Assembly: GCA_977017575.1 (NCBI GenBank)
Contig: CDRNVI010000144.1
Span: forward strand, 374,510-438,509
Source: Paramoeba atlantica
Lineage: Eukaryota > Protista > Discosea
Direction: 5' to 3'
DNA length: 64,000 nt
Positions 1-12,500 of this stretch are shown in pieces. Both the position numbers and the translations under genes were made by a program. The first letter of the stretch is position 1. Every line of letters begins with the position of its first letter. Below the pieces are notes generated by a model. It did not search any database. It had not been told where the DNA came from and worked only from the letters and a program-made list of their open reading frames with translations.

Positions 1-281
1 GAAAAGAAAAGAGAAGAGAAGAGAAGAAAAGAGAAGAAAAGAGAAGAAGAGAAGAGAAGAGAAGAAGAGAAGAGAAGAGAAAAAGAAAGGAAAGGAAAAG
101 AAAGGAAAGGAAAAGAAAGAAAAGAGAGAAAATGATAAAATTATTAAAAGAATAATAAAAGAAAGAAAAAAAAGAAAATAAAAAGAAAAATAAAAATAAA
201 AAATAAAAATAAAAATAAATAAAAATAAAAATAAAAATAAAAAATAAAAAATAAAAAATAAAAAATAAAAAATAAAAAAAC

Positions 282-690
282 ATGATTTGGACATGATGAA
301 GATTTTCAATTTCTGATGGAACAGTCCCTCTCAAAGTATTGTCAGAAAGATCTCTAGAAAGAGAAGAGAGAGAAGAGAGAGAGGGAGAGAGGGAGAGAAA
401 AGGGGAGAGAGAGAGAAAAGGAAGGGAGGGAGAGAGAAAAGGAGGGAAGAGAGAGAAAAGGGGAGAGAAAGAAGAAAGAAAAAGTTAAAAGTTAAAAGAA
501 AAGAAAAAAGAGAAAAGAGAAAAGAAAGAAAAAGAAAAAGAAAAAGAAAAAGAAAAAGAAAAAGAAAAAGAAAAAAGAAAAAAGAAAAAAAAGAAAAAAA
601 AGAAAAAAAAGAAAAAGAAACAAATAAAGAGAAGAAAGAACTCCAATTTCGGTTGGGATTGTCCCACTGAGATAGTTGTCCGCCAAAAGC
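282..690 (-). CDS. Leucine-rich-repeat protein, two internal exons (622-690 and 282-353); gene continues beyond the window start
   Basis: Both exons have AG/GT boundaries and the same phase (69 and 72 bp). Spliced translation LLADNYLSGTIPTEIGVLSSLYL-DLSDNTLRGTVPSEIENLHHVQI fits the LxLxxNxLxGxIPxEIGxL LRR consensus. Introns are CT-rich low-complexity sequence. Confidence 0.8.
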
Positions 691-1659
691 CTTTTTTAAC
701 AAATAGAAGAGAAAGAGAGAAGAGAGAAGAGAGAAGAGAGAGAAGAGAGAGAAGAGAGAAGAGAGAAGAGAGAGAGAGAAAGAGAAAGTGGAAGAGAAAG
801 TGGAAGAGAAAGTGGAAGAGAAAGTGGAAGAGAAAGTGGAAGAGAAAGCGGAAGAGAAAGCGGAAGAGAAAGCGGAAGAGAAAGAGAAAGAGAAAGAGGA
901 GAAGAGAGAAAGAGAGAGAAGAGAAGGAGAAAATGAGGAATGAGAGAATGAGAAAGAGAGAAGAAGAAGAAGAGAGAAAGAAAAAGGAAAGAGAAAAGAA
1001 AGAGAGAAAAAGGAAAGGGAATAAAAGAAAAAAAGTATTATTTCAAAGGTTTTTTCTTTTTAAAAAAGAAAGAATTAAAAAAAAAGATTAAAGAAAAAGA
1101 AAAAGAAAAAGAAAAAGAAAAGAGAAAAAAAAAAGAGAAAAAAAAAAGAGAAAAAAAAAAGAGAAAAAAAAAAGAGAAAAAAAAAAGAGAAAAGAAAAGA
1201 AAAGAAAAGGAAACCGACCACCCCACAGAAAGGAAAGGAAGGGAAAGGAAAGGAAGGGAAAGGAAAGGAAGGGAAAAGTAAAAAAGAGAAAAAGAGAAAA
1301 AGAGAAAGAGAGAAAGAGAGAAAGAGAGAAAGAGAGAAAGAGAGAAGGGGGGAAAGTAGCGAAAAAACAGAGAGAGAAAAAAAAAAAGAGAGAAAAGACA
1401 CTGGATCCAAAAATTTGGAACATCCAAAAGAGAAGAAAATGTACTCAGGGACAAAAAAAAGAAGAAAGAAAAAAGAAAAAGAGGGAAAATAAAGAGGGAA
1501 AAGAAAAGAGGAAAAGACAAGAGAAAAAAAAGAAGATAGAGGTTTTCGGACCCGAAATAGGGGTCCGTCATTTGGCCGCTATTTTTTTTCTCATTTTTGG
1601 TTCCTCTTTCTTGGTTTTGTTCTCTCAGTCCTTTTTTTTTCTCTCTTTTTTTTTTTTTT

Positions 1660-2005
1660 CTCTCCAAAAAAGAGAAATGGGCGTAAATCAGAGATTTATT
1701 TCAGGGTTGAAAGTCAACAAACAAGAACGAAAGTTTCAATGGTAAAAGCGAAAGCAAAGCAAAAAGCAGAAAACAAAGAAAAGAAGTGAAAGCAGGCACA
1801 GGCTGGCTGCAACGCTAAGAAGAAGAAAGAGCAACAAAGGATTCAACGCGTGTGTTGCCAAAGAGACACAAAGAAGGGAAAAAAATGAATTCGAGAGCTA
1901 AATCTAGCGCGGCAGAATGAGATAAATCCCTATATTAGGGAATTCCTTGTTCGTTTCCGTTTGGTCTCTTCTTCGGGGACCTCTTGTTCAAAAAACAAAA
2001 TCGCC

Positions 2006-2050
<45 letters not shown>
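1660..2050. promoter_or_regulatory. CpG-retaining island ending in a (CT)n microsatellite; possible promoter/5' region
   Basis: Many CpGs (aacgcgtg, tagcgcggc, ttcgtttccg) in an otherwise CpG-poor window. The pyrimidine strand bias flips from the minus to the plus strand here. Promoter function is inference. Confidence 0.3.
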
Positions 2051-2052
<2 letters not shown>

Positions 2053-3639
2053 GTGTGGGGTACAAAGAATTCAGCAAAATCTTCAAAAAATCGTGGGGTG
2101 TTTGTTTTTTTCTTATATTTCTCTAATTTTCTTCTTCTTACTTTCTTTCTTTTCTTTTCTTATTTCTTTTCTTTCTTTTTTAGATTGTGGTGAGAGACTA
2201 AATCGAGAGTTGTTTTTGACCTTTGGTTATGCTCTTTGATCCAGAACAAAAGAATCTTTGTTGATGGATCACTATTACATTGGTGAGGGATATTGGTGAA
2301 TCTTGTTGTGTGTTGCTTTTTTCATTGAACATGAGAAAAAAGAAGAACTTTTTTTGATGGTGGTTTTGCGCACACAATGTTAACATTCTTTTCTTTTGTG
2401 GCCAATTTATCATTGTGTTTGCTGTGTTTTTTTTTTTTTCTTTTCCCCTTGTTTCATTTTTGTTGTTTTTTGAGTGGGTTTTCTTTTCTCTTTCCCTCTT
2501 TCCCTCTTTCTTTTTCCTTTTCTTTTTTTCTTTCTATTGATAAACTCTTTTCAGGGGAAATGTGGAAAAGACCATTCAAGATTTCTTTTTTTCTCTTTAC
2601 TCTTTTTTATTCTTTTATTCTTTTCTTTCTACTTTTCTTTTTCTTCTTTTTCTTTTTCTCCCTTTTGATGGTGTTCTTCAAAAATTGTGAATACTAATTT
2701 TTCTTTCTTTTCTTTCTCTAACCTCTCGAGATGGTCCCTGATGAGATATTAAAATAATCTGGCTGCATGTTCAGAGACCTCTGTTTTGTTTCGTGCTCCA
2801 CTCCATTGCGGAAAGAAGAGAAAGAAGGGGGTTAAGTTTGGCAAGAAATTTGGAGAATATGGCTATTTTTTGACTTCTTTTAACCTCCTTCTTCTTGGCA
2901 ATGATGAATTAATTAATATATTAAGAGGTACCATGAATTTTGCTTGAACTCAGAAGTGGAGTCTATTCCCACCCAACAATTCACAAGGAGAGGGAGTTTG
3001 CCACTCTTGTTACATCACCACAGGTTTCTTTTTTTCCCCTCTTTATTTTGTTATTTTGTTGTTTTGGTGTTTTTGTCAAGTAGTTTAATTGTTTGTTTTT
3101 GTGTTTTTGTATTTTGTTTTTATTTTGTTTTCTTCTTCACTTACAAACCTTCTTCTTAGAGTTTTGAGTTGTAAACTTTTGGTGTTTCGTTTCTTCACTG
3201 TGTAGTGTTCAGGTTTTATTTTGGTATAAATGTGATTGTTTTGATTGTTGTTGCTATTGTTATTGCTGGATGTTATTGATTGTTTCAAAAGAGCCAAGAG
3301 AAGTGTTTTTTGAGAGCTTGTTGTTGGTTGTTGGTTGGTTGTTGGGTTGTTGGTTGGTTGTTCAGGACAATCCAAGCCAATCCAGACAAGACAACCCAAA
3401 AGAGAACCCAAGAATATGGGGGTATCCTAGAAACTAGAGTTTGTTTGCCAGAAAGAAAAGTGTTAATAGAGGTTGGTTTTCTTTTTCTTTTTTCTTTTCC
3501 CTTTATTTCTTTGTTATTTTAGTATCATGTTTTTTTCTCTTTTCCCCTTCTTTTTCTCTTTCTCTCTCTTTTTCTCTTGTTTTTGTTTTTTGTTTTTTCT
3601 TTCATTCCCTTTTTTCTCTTTTTTTCATCATGCAATATA

Positions 3640-3897
3640 CACTACGGGGAAAACGCCCCAAAGATGTTTCAAATAGCCCTTGGCGTCGACAGCCCCTATT
3701 CTTTGGACAATTTATTTGATTTCTGAAACCTGTGATTTTGCTCTCTTCTTTCCGTTTGAATTTTTTCAAACTGAACTGGATTTTTCTTTCGAAAATGGAG
3801 GAAAACGGGTTTTCCTCCCAAATCAAATAAATTGTCCAAAGAATAGGGGCTGTCGACGCCATATTTGAAACATCTTTGGGGCGTTTTCCCCGTAGTG
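3640..3897. mobile_element. CACTA-terminated MITE-like non-autonomous DNA transposon (~258 bp)
   Basis: Termini CACTACGGGGAAAACGCCCCAAAGATG...CATCTTTGGGGCGTTTTCCCCGTAGTG with ~80-bp imperfect TIRs. No coding capacity. TSD not evident (ATA/CAA). Confidence 0.7.
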
Positions 3898-3898
3898 C

Positions 3899-4287
3899 AA
3901 GAATTTTTTTTAAAGTGGACGCTTATTTTCCAGGGCCCCTTTGAATGGTCCCTCTCTTTGGTTAGTTTTTCGAAGAATGAAGTTTCGAAATCATTTTTTT
4001 TCGAAAAATCAAGTCTTGAAAATTTTTTTTCGAAGAATCAAGTCTCGAAAACATTTTTTTTCGAAGAATTATGTTTCGAAACCATTTTTTTTCGAAGAAT
4101 CATGTTTCAAAATCATTTTTTTCCAAGAATCACCTTTCGAAACATGATTCTTCGAAAAAAAATGGTTTCGAAACATAATCCTTCGAAAAAAAATGTTTTC
4201 GAGACTTCATTCTTCGAAAAACTAACCAAAGAGAGGGATCATTCAAAGGGGCCCTGGAAAATAAGTGTCCACTTTTAAAAAATTCTT
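3899..4287. mobile_element. Foldback-type MITE (~390 bp) with internal ~30-bp subrepeats
   Basis: ~90-bp TIRs (AAGTGGACGCTTATTTTCCAGGGCCCCTTTGAATGGTCCCTCTCTTTGGTTAG and its reverse complement). Interior is TTTTTTTCGAAGAATCAAGTTTCGAAA-like units, first direct and then inverted. Confidence 0.7.
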
Positions 4288-5073
4288 TTAATTTATTTAT
4301 GTATTGCCATTATTGGGTTAATGCTTTGTCATTTTTACAACAGACCCCAAAAAAAACACTCTCCCTCCCCAAAAAACAAAAATGCAAGTGGAACCACGAT
4401 TTCTTTTGGTTTTCCCTTTTTGCTGGAATTCTGGAGGTTTGCCTTAAAGAGTCTCAATTGGTTTTGATTTTGTGGTTTTCTTCTTTGTTGATTTCTTCTC
4501 ATTTTTTTCACTTCTTAAAAAAGAAAAAAGGAAAGGAAAGTATGTCATACCCAGTTGAAAGCATCCCAATCCCAGTACCAAAAAAACATTCTCTTTTTTC
4601 TTTTTGAAGGAGACATCAATGGTCTAATTTGGTTTCTTAGTTTGAGTAAAATTCATATTCTCTGGGTACAAATTTTCAAATTAGTACCCAGAGAGAATGA
4701 TAAAATACCAACAAAAATACCAATGAAATGTGAGGCAAACAACAAAGAAAAACTAAAAAAACAGCAACTTTTTGCACACTTTTAGTGAACTAAATTTTTA
4801 TTAGGGGTTATTTCCTCTTTCTTTTTTCTCACTTCATTGTAGATTGTGCCAATGCATGTTCCAAAACTTTCATCATAATCAACAGATGCAACTGAACCAC
4901 CCTGAAGTTAACAAGAAATTCCACCTTCTCCAATCTTTCCAACAATTCCATTTGCAGTAAAAGAAACAACCATCTTTTCTTTTGATTTTAGCTCTTGTAT
5001 GGTGCCCACATCACAAATACTAATTTACTCCTTTCACGTGTGATCAGAAGGAGAGATGTATTTTTGATGTGAG

Positions 5074-5720
5074 TCAATCCATATGCACATTTGTCTCTTG
5101 GGAGATGAGTTGTGAATTCAGTCCATTTTCTGTTCGTCCATCCACCACATCCCCACTTTTCAATAAATCATGATAATTCAGTTCGACATTTTCCATGTCG
5201 TTGATCAAGAAGATACACCCCTTTTGACTTCCCAGATTTGACAGACCGAGCAATAGAGAGGATACATTCATCAGAAAATTGAACCACAGAAGCCATAGTA
5301 GTAGTTGTATTTATCGATCAATCACACAAGAAGGGATTACTTTGTTTTGTTTTGGTTTGGTTGTTTTTGATTGTTTTTGATTGGTTTTTGTTTTTTGTTT
5401 TTTGAGTTTTTGTTTTGAGTTTTTTTGTGTGTGTGTGTGTGTGTGTTGGGTCAAGTCAAGGAGGGGGACGAAGAAACCTGTGTTTTTTGGAAAAAGTTGG
5501 CTCAGTTCAGTGAAGTGTCTATTGGTGCGTTGGGGCAAAGCCAAATAATAATAATCCAATTGCATTGAGGACCGCTCAAAATTGCCGCCTGAGAATCACT
5601 CAACTTGATCCTCTTCTTTTTCATCACACACGAATTTGCTCAGAATCCAGAACAACAGGATGCGCATCCCAAGTTTTACACATATTTGAGACACAGAAAG
5701 GAGATTCATCTTGCATTGAG
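5074..5720 (-). pseudogene. Decayed Ty1/copia pol fragment related to the intact copia in this window
   Basis: 5525-5715 aligns at DNA level with 27890-28065 (MNLLSVSQIC vs MNLLSVAHMC; YYLALPQRTN vs YYLALPSRTN). 5074-5271 weakly resembles the integrase C-terminal SH3-like motif. Confidence 0.7.
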
Positions 5721-5777
5721 TGTTTCTCATTTTTTGAAGACAACTCTCCACAACCAACCCCTCACTTCGAAAAAAAA

Positions 5778-5846
5778 ACCAAACCCGCCCAAACCAAACC
5801 CGCCCAAACCAAACCCGCCCAAACCAAACCCGCCCAAACCAAACCC
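5778..5846. repeat. 15-bp tandem repeat (AAACCAAACCCGCCC) x ~4.5
   Basis: Directly visible. Confidence 0.9.
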
Positions 5847-8800
5847 CAATCAATGCTTTCACTGAACAAAAAAAAAGTCAAAAAAAAAAAGGAAAATTTT
5901 GTGGGAATTGAACCACCCCTCCCCAAAACCACTCTCCTTTTTTTCCAGTCGAAGTTTTGTTTTTTGTGGTGGTGTCTTTTTGGTGATTTTGTTTTTTGTT
6001 TGTTTGTGGGATTGTTCTGTTCAAGCTCAAAGATTTTCAAAGCCTCTGAAGGAACATCCAGGATGTGTATGGAACTTTCGACTGTAGTTCTCAAGTGTTC
6101 TATCTCAATGATGAGTGTGATGTGTTGTCTTTGTGAAACGTGACCAAGACTTGGAGAAGATGCTTTATTTCTCCTCCCAAAAAAGAGCAAACAAGATGGT
6201 GACAGCAGTGAAGAGTCATCAGGAGATCGAAAATCGAGTGGATGATGATGAAGAGAAAGTGGGTGATGAGAAGAATACTGATGATGTTGATTCAGTTTCT
6301 GAGAACTCCAAGAAAAGCCTCAAAGGAACAACAGAAGAAGAGAGAGAAGAAGATTGAAATGCTCAGGAAGAGTGTGATGAGAAACTGGCAGATCATATTG
6401 ATGTTCTTGAGAGTAACACACAACCTCCCCCCCTCCCCTGCACACACCACAAAAGTCTCTATCTTTTTGTTGGTTCTTTTTCTTTTTTTCTTTTTCTTCT
6501 TTTCTTTTTCTCTTTCTCTTTTTCTTTTTTTTCTTTTTCTTTTTCTTTTCTTTTTTCTTTTTTCTTTTTTTTTCTCCTTTTTTTTCTCCTTTTTTTTCTC
6601 CCTCTTTTCTTTTTCTCTTTTTCTTTTTCTTTCTTTTTTCTCCTTTTCCTCTTTCTTTTTTCTTTTTTTTTCTCTTTTCTTTTTCTTTCTTTTCATTTTC
6701 TTTTTTTTTTTCTTTTTCTGTTAGTTAGGTAACAATTTTTGAGTTTTATGAACAAATTAAAAGTTTTTTTGATTTGTTCAAACAACTCTTTTTCTTATTA
6801 TGATACAATTCTTGCTGAGAGACTTGAGACCACACATCCAAGGTTCTTTTTTCCCTTGCTTGATCTGCTTTCAATCAGAGGTTTTTCCTTCTCTTCCTCT
6901 TGTTTCTTTCTTATCTTTCTCCTTTTTCTCCCTTTTTTACTTTCCCTTTTTCTTTTTTATCTCTTTTGTTTTTCCCCCTCTTTTCCTCCTTTCTCTTTTT
7001 CCCCTTCCTTCCTTCCCTCCTTTCTTTCCCCTTTGTTTTTTTTAAAATTCATTGACTTTCCTTTTGAATGAAGGGAGCTTCTTTATTTTGTGTTTTGTTG
7101 TTCCTGGAGTATTGTGTATTGTTTGTGGGGGGGGAATTGTTGTTTGTTGTTTTGTTGTTTGTTATTTGTTATTTGTTGGCAGTTGTTTATAGGTGGTTGT
7201 TTCTTGGGTGGATATTTGGGTTATGGTTATTTGGTTTTGTTGAATACCTGTGGTGGAGGGAGGGGTTTTGGTGTCTTGTTGTGATGATGATGTTTTTTTT
7301 TGTTTTTTGTTTTTTTTAATCAAAAAAACTAACTTTTTTTCTTTTCTTTTCTTTTAAAAGGAATAATTGCTTTCCTCTTTGTATAATATTTCCACTTTGT
7401 ACTTGGCTTTTAATAATTTATTTGTGATTAACATTCAAGATCAAGAAAGGCAAAACAAATTGAAAAGATTGTAAAGAGTGTTATAAACAAGTTAAAAAGT
7501 TCTTTTGATTTGTTCAAACAACCCTTTTCTCTTTGATGTTATAAGAGGATTAAATCTGGTGGACCCTTGAGAATTTCAATTATTTCTTCAATTATTTTAT
7601 AACTCACCCCAGTTCAATGTTGGGAACCTTTGATTTGGCATTCCTTTGTCTTCTGAGAAAGAAGAGCTTCAAGAGAAATGGGACCTGACTGAGATGGTTA
7701 AGCTGTGAGACTATCAGCTTACTAGGGTTCTTTTTTCTTTTTTCTTTATCATTAGATTTTTTTTATTTGTTTCCATTTTATTTCCCCTATTTCCTTTATC
7801 TTACTCTTCTGATCTTTTCTTTTTGCCTCCTTTTTCTCATTTTTTTTGACCAGAGAACTCATCTCTTTTGATTTTTTTTTTTGTTGAAACAATCAACTTA
7901 TTGAATAACCATAAAAAGAACTTTCATTTTTGAATGGATGAAAAAGTGTTATTTTGGTTCTTTCCCTATCAGTGGTGATCCAAGCAATGCTCAAATGACC
8001 TCAAGGAAGAAAACTTATACTCTTTGGGTATGAATTTTCAAATTAGCACCCAGAGAGTATGAAAATCCTAGGTTCATTTTGGTAACCCTGGTGACTTTGG
8101 TTTGTTATTTTTCAAATAATATCTTCTATTTTTGTCTTCTCTTCTTTGGAGGAGGATTGAAAGACTTCTTTTTCAAACCTAGGAGAGTAAGGAGAAGGGC
8201 AAGAACCATCTATTCACCTGACAGGTTCAATTCCCACATATTGAATTTTTTCATTTTTCTTCATCTTTTTGTTCCAATTTTCTTCAATCCCTTCTGTTTG
8301 AGTGTTTTTTTTTATCTTGATGATGAGTGTGATAGTGTCTTTGTGAAACATGACCAAGACTTGGGAGATGCAAAAAGGATTGAAAGGAAACAAAAAAAAC
8401 AAAAAAAACAAAGGGTAAAAAAAATTGTGAAAACCCCAAAATCTTTTTTTTGTGGCTAAAAAAAGAGTGTTGCACCTTCCCCACTAGTTTTCTGTTTTTG
8501 TTCTTGCCATCATCTCTTTTCTTTTTTCCTTACTTCTCTTTTTTTCTCCCTTCTTTTCTCCCTTTTTTTTCTTCCCTTTTTTTTCTCTCTTTTTGTTTCT
8601 TTTCCTTTCTCTTTTTCCTTTTCTCTTTTTTTCTCTTCTTTCATAGGTCACTGTGATCATGATTGGGTTAAATATGTTGCTTCAAGTTGTGGTTTCTTTT
8701 TCTTTCTTTTTTTTCTTTCTTTTTCTTTCTTTTTTTTCTTTCTTTTTTTTTCTTTCTTTTTTTTTTGTTTTCTTTCTTTTTTTCTTTTTTTCTTTTTCCT

Positions 8801-9589
8801 TTTCCTGTTTTTTTGTGCTTTCTTTTTCTTATTTCTTCTTTTCTTTGGTGGGTTACTTCTCTTTTTTGTTACCAGAGAGCCAGAGGGTTGATGGAGAATC
8901 TGAGAGTTAGGTTTTTTTTGTTTTCTTGAATGAAATTCAAAAAAAAAGATATCCCCCTCCAAAAGGGAACAAGAGTGAGGTGAGGGATTGAATAATTACT
9001 GATGTGAGTTTTTTGGACTGTTTTTTCTTGCTTGTGTTTGTTGGAACTTATGTGACCTATTCTTTTTTTTCTTCAAAAAAGGTTTTTTTTGTTATGTTTG
9101 CTTTTATTATTATTTGGTTTTCTTTTGTTGGTTGGTTGAGATGTTGTTGGGAGAGTTGTTTAAAAGTTTGGATCCTCAACTTATCTTTGAGAGAGAATTA
9201 CTGTTTGGGTTATTTTTATGGATTGTTGTTTCTTTCTTTATTCTAGGTTTTTTGGTTGTGTCACATATATTATTTAAAACTGTTTGGAATGATTTCACCC
9301 TGAAAGTGTTTGTTGGCAAAGAGTCTGTTGTGAATGTTGCTGTTGTTGTTTTGTTTGATTCTCCCCAATAGTGTACTTTGTTTGGAATATTGTTGTTGTT
9401 GTTATTTTGTTATTTTATTATTGTTGTTATTTATTGTTGTTATGATTATTTTTTTCTCAGCCTGGCTCACTCTCTTGTCAATATTATTTTTTATTTTTAT
9501 ATCCATTTCCATTTCCTTTTTCCTTTTTGTTTTTATGTGACATTTTGTTTTTTTTTTGTTGTGAAGCTTTCTTGGATGAAGCAATCCTT

Positions 9590-12500
9590 TGTAGATTTTG
9601 TTTTATTTCTGAGGTTTCAAAGAAGCACAGTTGAGAAACTGGGAAATCAACAAGTGAGAGAGTAGAGAGGAGAAAACACAGTGACAGGATGTTGACAACA
9701 ATGAACTGCAATCAGTTGAACTGAATTTAACAAGGATTCAAATAAAGGTGTTATATATATTTATAATATTTCATATTTGGATATTTAATTATTTACACCC
9801 CCCCCTTGCAAGCAGAGTTTTGAGCGCAGCTTTGTCAGTTCTGAACAAAATTCAAAGTTCTTACAGGGAAAATCCACCCATTATTGATCAGTCTGCCCAC
9901 CAATAACCTTTTTGAGGCTTCTTTGCCTTGAGGTAATCTTTCAACTCTTTTGTACCTCCCAGGTGTTCTTTCTCCCACCACTTATGTCATTTTCTTCCAG
10001 TAGGTGGTTGGATTTCCATACAATATTGTTGATAACCATCAAATTCTCTTTCTGAGATAATTCTATATCTCAGACTTCTTCATCCATCTCCTGGTGGGAG
10101 TTCTTTCTCCTTTATCAGGTTTTGTTCCTTTTCAATCTCAACCCTTTCATATTAATTCACTTCCATGAACAGGTTGTGGAAGAATCCATCTTGTTTTGAG
10201 ATTCCTTAATCGATATATTTGAGCTGAAACAACCTCAGTTATCATATGGACATCACCTTGTGTCCTTGGATTGAATTTTTGGTTAAATTTCTTCCTTTTT
10301 TCATGATTTAGAAGAAGGACTCAGTCTCCAACCGATAGAATTTGAGTTCTTTGATGAGCATTATAGTCATCAACTCTTTGTTCCTTGGAATCTCTTCATT
10401 TTTCATTTACCAGTTGAAAGATTTCTAACATTTTATCCCTCACATTAGCCACATATTCATCTGAAGTAACCAATTTTGGGTTTGATGTTCCCAGTGTAAC
10501 ATTGATTGGATATGTTGGTATTCGACCAAATTGTAACATGAAAGGTTTTTGTTTTGTTACAGAATGAACTTGGGTATTGTAAGCAAATTCCACCAATTGG
10601 AAGGAGCAAATCCCACAGTCCCTTTGATATTTCTGGACATAAAGCCCTCATCATGTTTTTAACAGGTGAATGAATTGTTCCCACTTTGCCATTTCCTTTG
10701 TGGTTATAGAGGGAGACCTTTGCATGGTGTGTTCCTCAGATTTGTGTCAATTCCACAAAGAGTTCTTTCTGGGCCCCTCCATCAGTCACTATTTCCGGTG
10801 GCATTGAATGGATTGTAACATATTTCAAGAGGCATTGTGCCATCTCTTTTGTGATGACAGCTTTCAGTGGAAATAATGAAAAGTACCCTGTGAAGGCATC
10901 CACAATTGATAAGATATGGGTATATGTATTATTGAGACAATAATGTCACCTTGTTTCCAATAATTTCTGAATGTCTTTACAAAACTCAGGTATTCTCTAA
11001 TTAAGATCAAATTTCTCATTCTTTGACAAAATTGATCCTTCATATTGCTCCAGTATTGTTCTTGGTCCTTTATGATCCATTGTTTTTCTGAATCATTCTG
11101 ATTCTCAGATCCAGTGTGGCCAGCACCAGTATCTGACAGTTTTGCTCCTTCTGGCTCCTTATTTATAAGAGGTTGTATTTCAGGCACTGTATGAACTCTG
11201 GTAGGTTCACCTGGTTGTGTACTTGACCTAAATTCATCCTCACTTCCAGAGTCAGAAATGTCATTACACTCAGTCTTGCTGGGAATTGTCTGAAGCTAAC
11301 CCATCACACTGCCCAGTGTCTTACATGAAGCTGACCCAACAGCTATCCCAGATAGTCATCCTTGAGAGAGTCCCCTGCTCCTTCCTTGAGCAGATTGGCC
11401 ACCAAGCTGACCCATGCTTTCTGTGCACTGACCCATTTTAGCCAATAACTCCTTTCCATCTCTGGTGGACTCATCTACCCTATGACAGGTTTTTGAGAGA
11501 GAACAGAGCTTCAATATTGCCATTTTTTGTTTGTTAAAATGTTGTTTTGTTTTCCACATTTTTAACTCCCAGTCTCTCCAGGACTTCTTAATTGGAGTTT
11601 GAGCATCTTCCTCTTGATAGGATACATGATGTGCTCAACTGAGTGTATCAGGAATAACCAGTGTTTTCCCAGGTTGGTGTAGAATTTGACTTGCAACTGC
11701 TGCTATTTCCAGCAGCCACCCACAGATAAGTTTGCTTCTTGTTTGCTTACTGTGGAGTTGCACAGTTTGACTGTTGACTCTGGTGCTCACTAAAAATCAC
11801 CACATCTCTTCCCATAATGAATTCCTTAAACTTGTTAATTGCCCAGTAAGCCTCATAACATTCTTGTTCAGAATTTGTATATTTTTATTGTGTTTTGGCA
11901 AAGCCAGACTTGTGAAAGCGACTATTTTGTGCTTTTTTGGTATTCCTGACCTTTTTGGTGCTGGTTTATCAAGAGGATCATCAGGGTGTTGTGTCAGTAT
12001 TGAATCATAACCATTTTTTGATGTGTCCACATGAATATAGAATGTTTTTCTGAAATTTGGCATTGGTATTCTTGCAATTGTTTCCTTCATTTCCTGAAAT
12101 TCATTATCTGCCTTCTTAACCCATTCAAATAATGGTTGTAGCAGTAATTCTCGAAGGTGGTATGTTTTTTGAGAACAATTGTGGATGAATCTCCTACACC
12201 AACTAACCAATCCTAAGAGTGATTGTAATTCCTTTTGATTGGTTGGTTGTGGAAAATGTTTTATGGCCTTGACTTTCTTGTCATTAGCCAAAATTCCATC
12301 CTTTGTTGCTGTATATCCAAGTAATGTGAAAGATCTTTCACCACTTTACTCAGGTTAATTTGCAACTTATTTTCCTTTAATCTATCCAGCACTTTCTCTA
12401 CTAGTGATTGAATATGTTTCTCAAAGGTTTTTGAGAAGATAACTATGTCATCAACATAATTAATACAGATATATATCATTGCAAGCCAGCAAGTATTGTA

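Noticed and set aside
1530-1590. Additional LRR exon (NSGQMTDPYFGSENLYLL)
   Set aside because: It has no usable splice sites, and the segment is equally explained by a small GGACCC/GGGTCC hairpin.
2715-2830. F-box-like motif (MVPDEILK...)
   Set aside because: It requires a frameshift and rests on about 8 residues.
3960-4225. CRISPR-like array
   Set aside because: The units are contiguous with no unique spacers, flip orientation inside a TIR element, and lie in eukaryotic context.
4830-4980. Copia RT motif (VDYDESFG)
   Set aside because: The resemblance is short, the surrounding residues do not align and the frame contains a stop.
331-9711. Numerous F/L/S-rich or K/R/E-rich ORFs in the track
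   Set aside because: They are translations of CT/GA low-complexity introns and carry no protein signal.
9850-10050. Chromodomain at the gypsy-1 integrase end
   Set aside because: No frame gives a convincing aromatic-cage motif.
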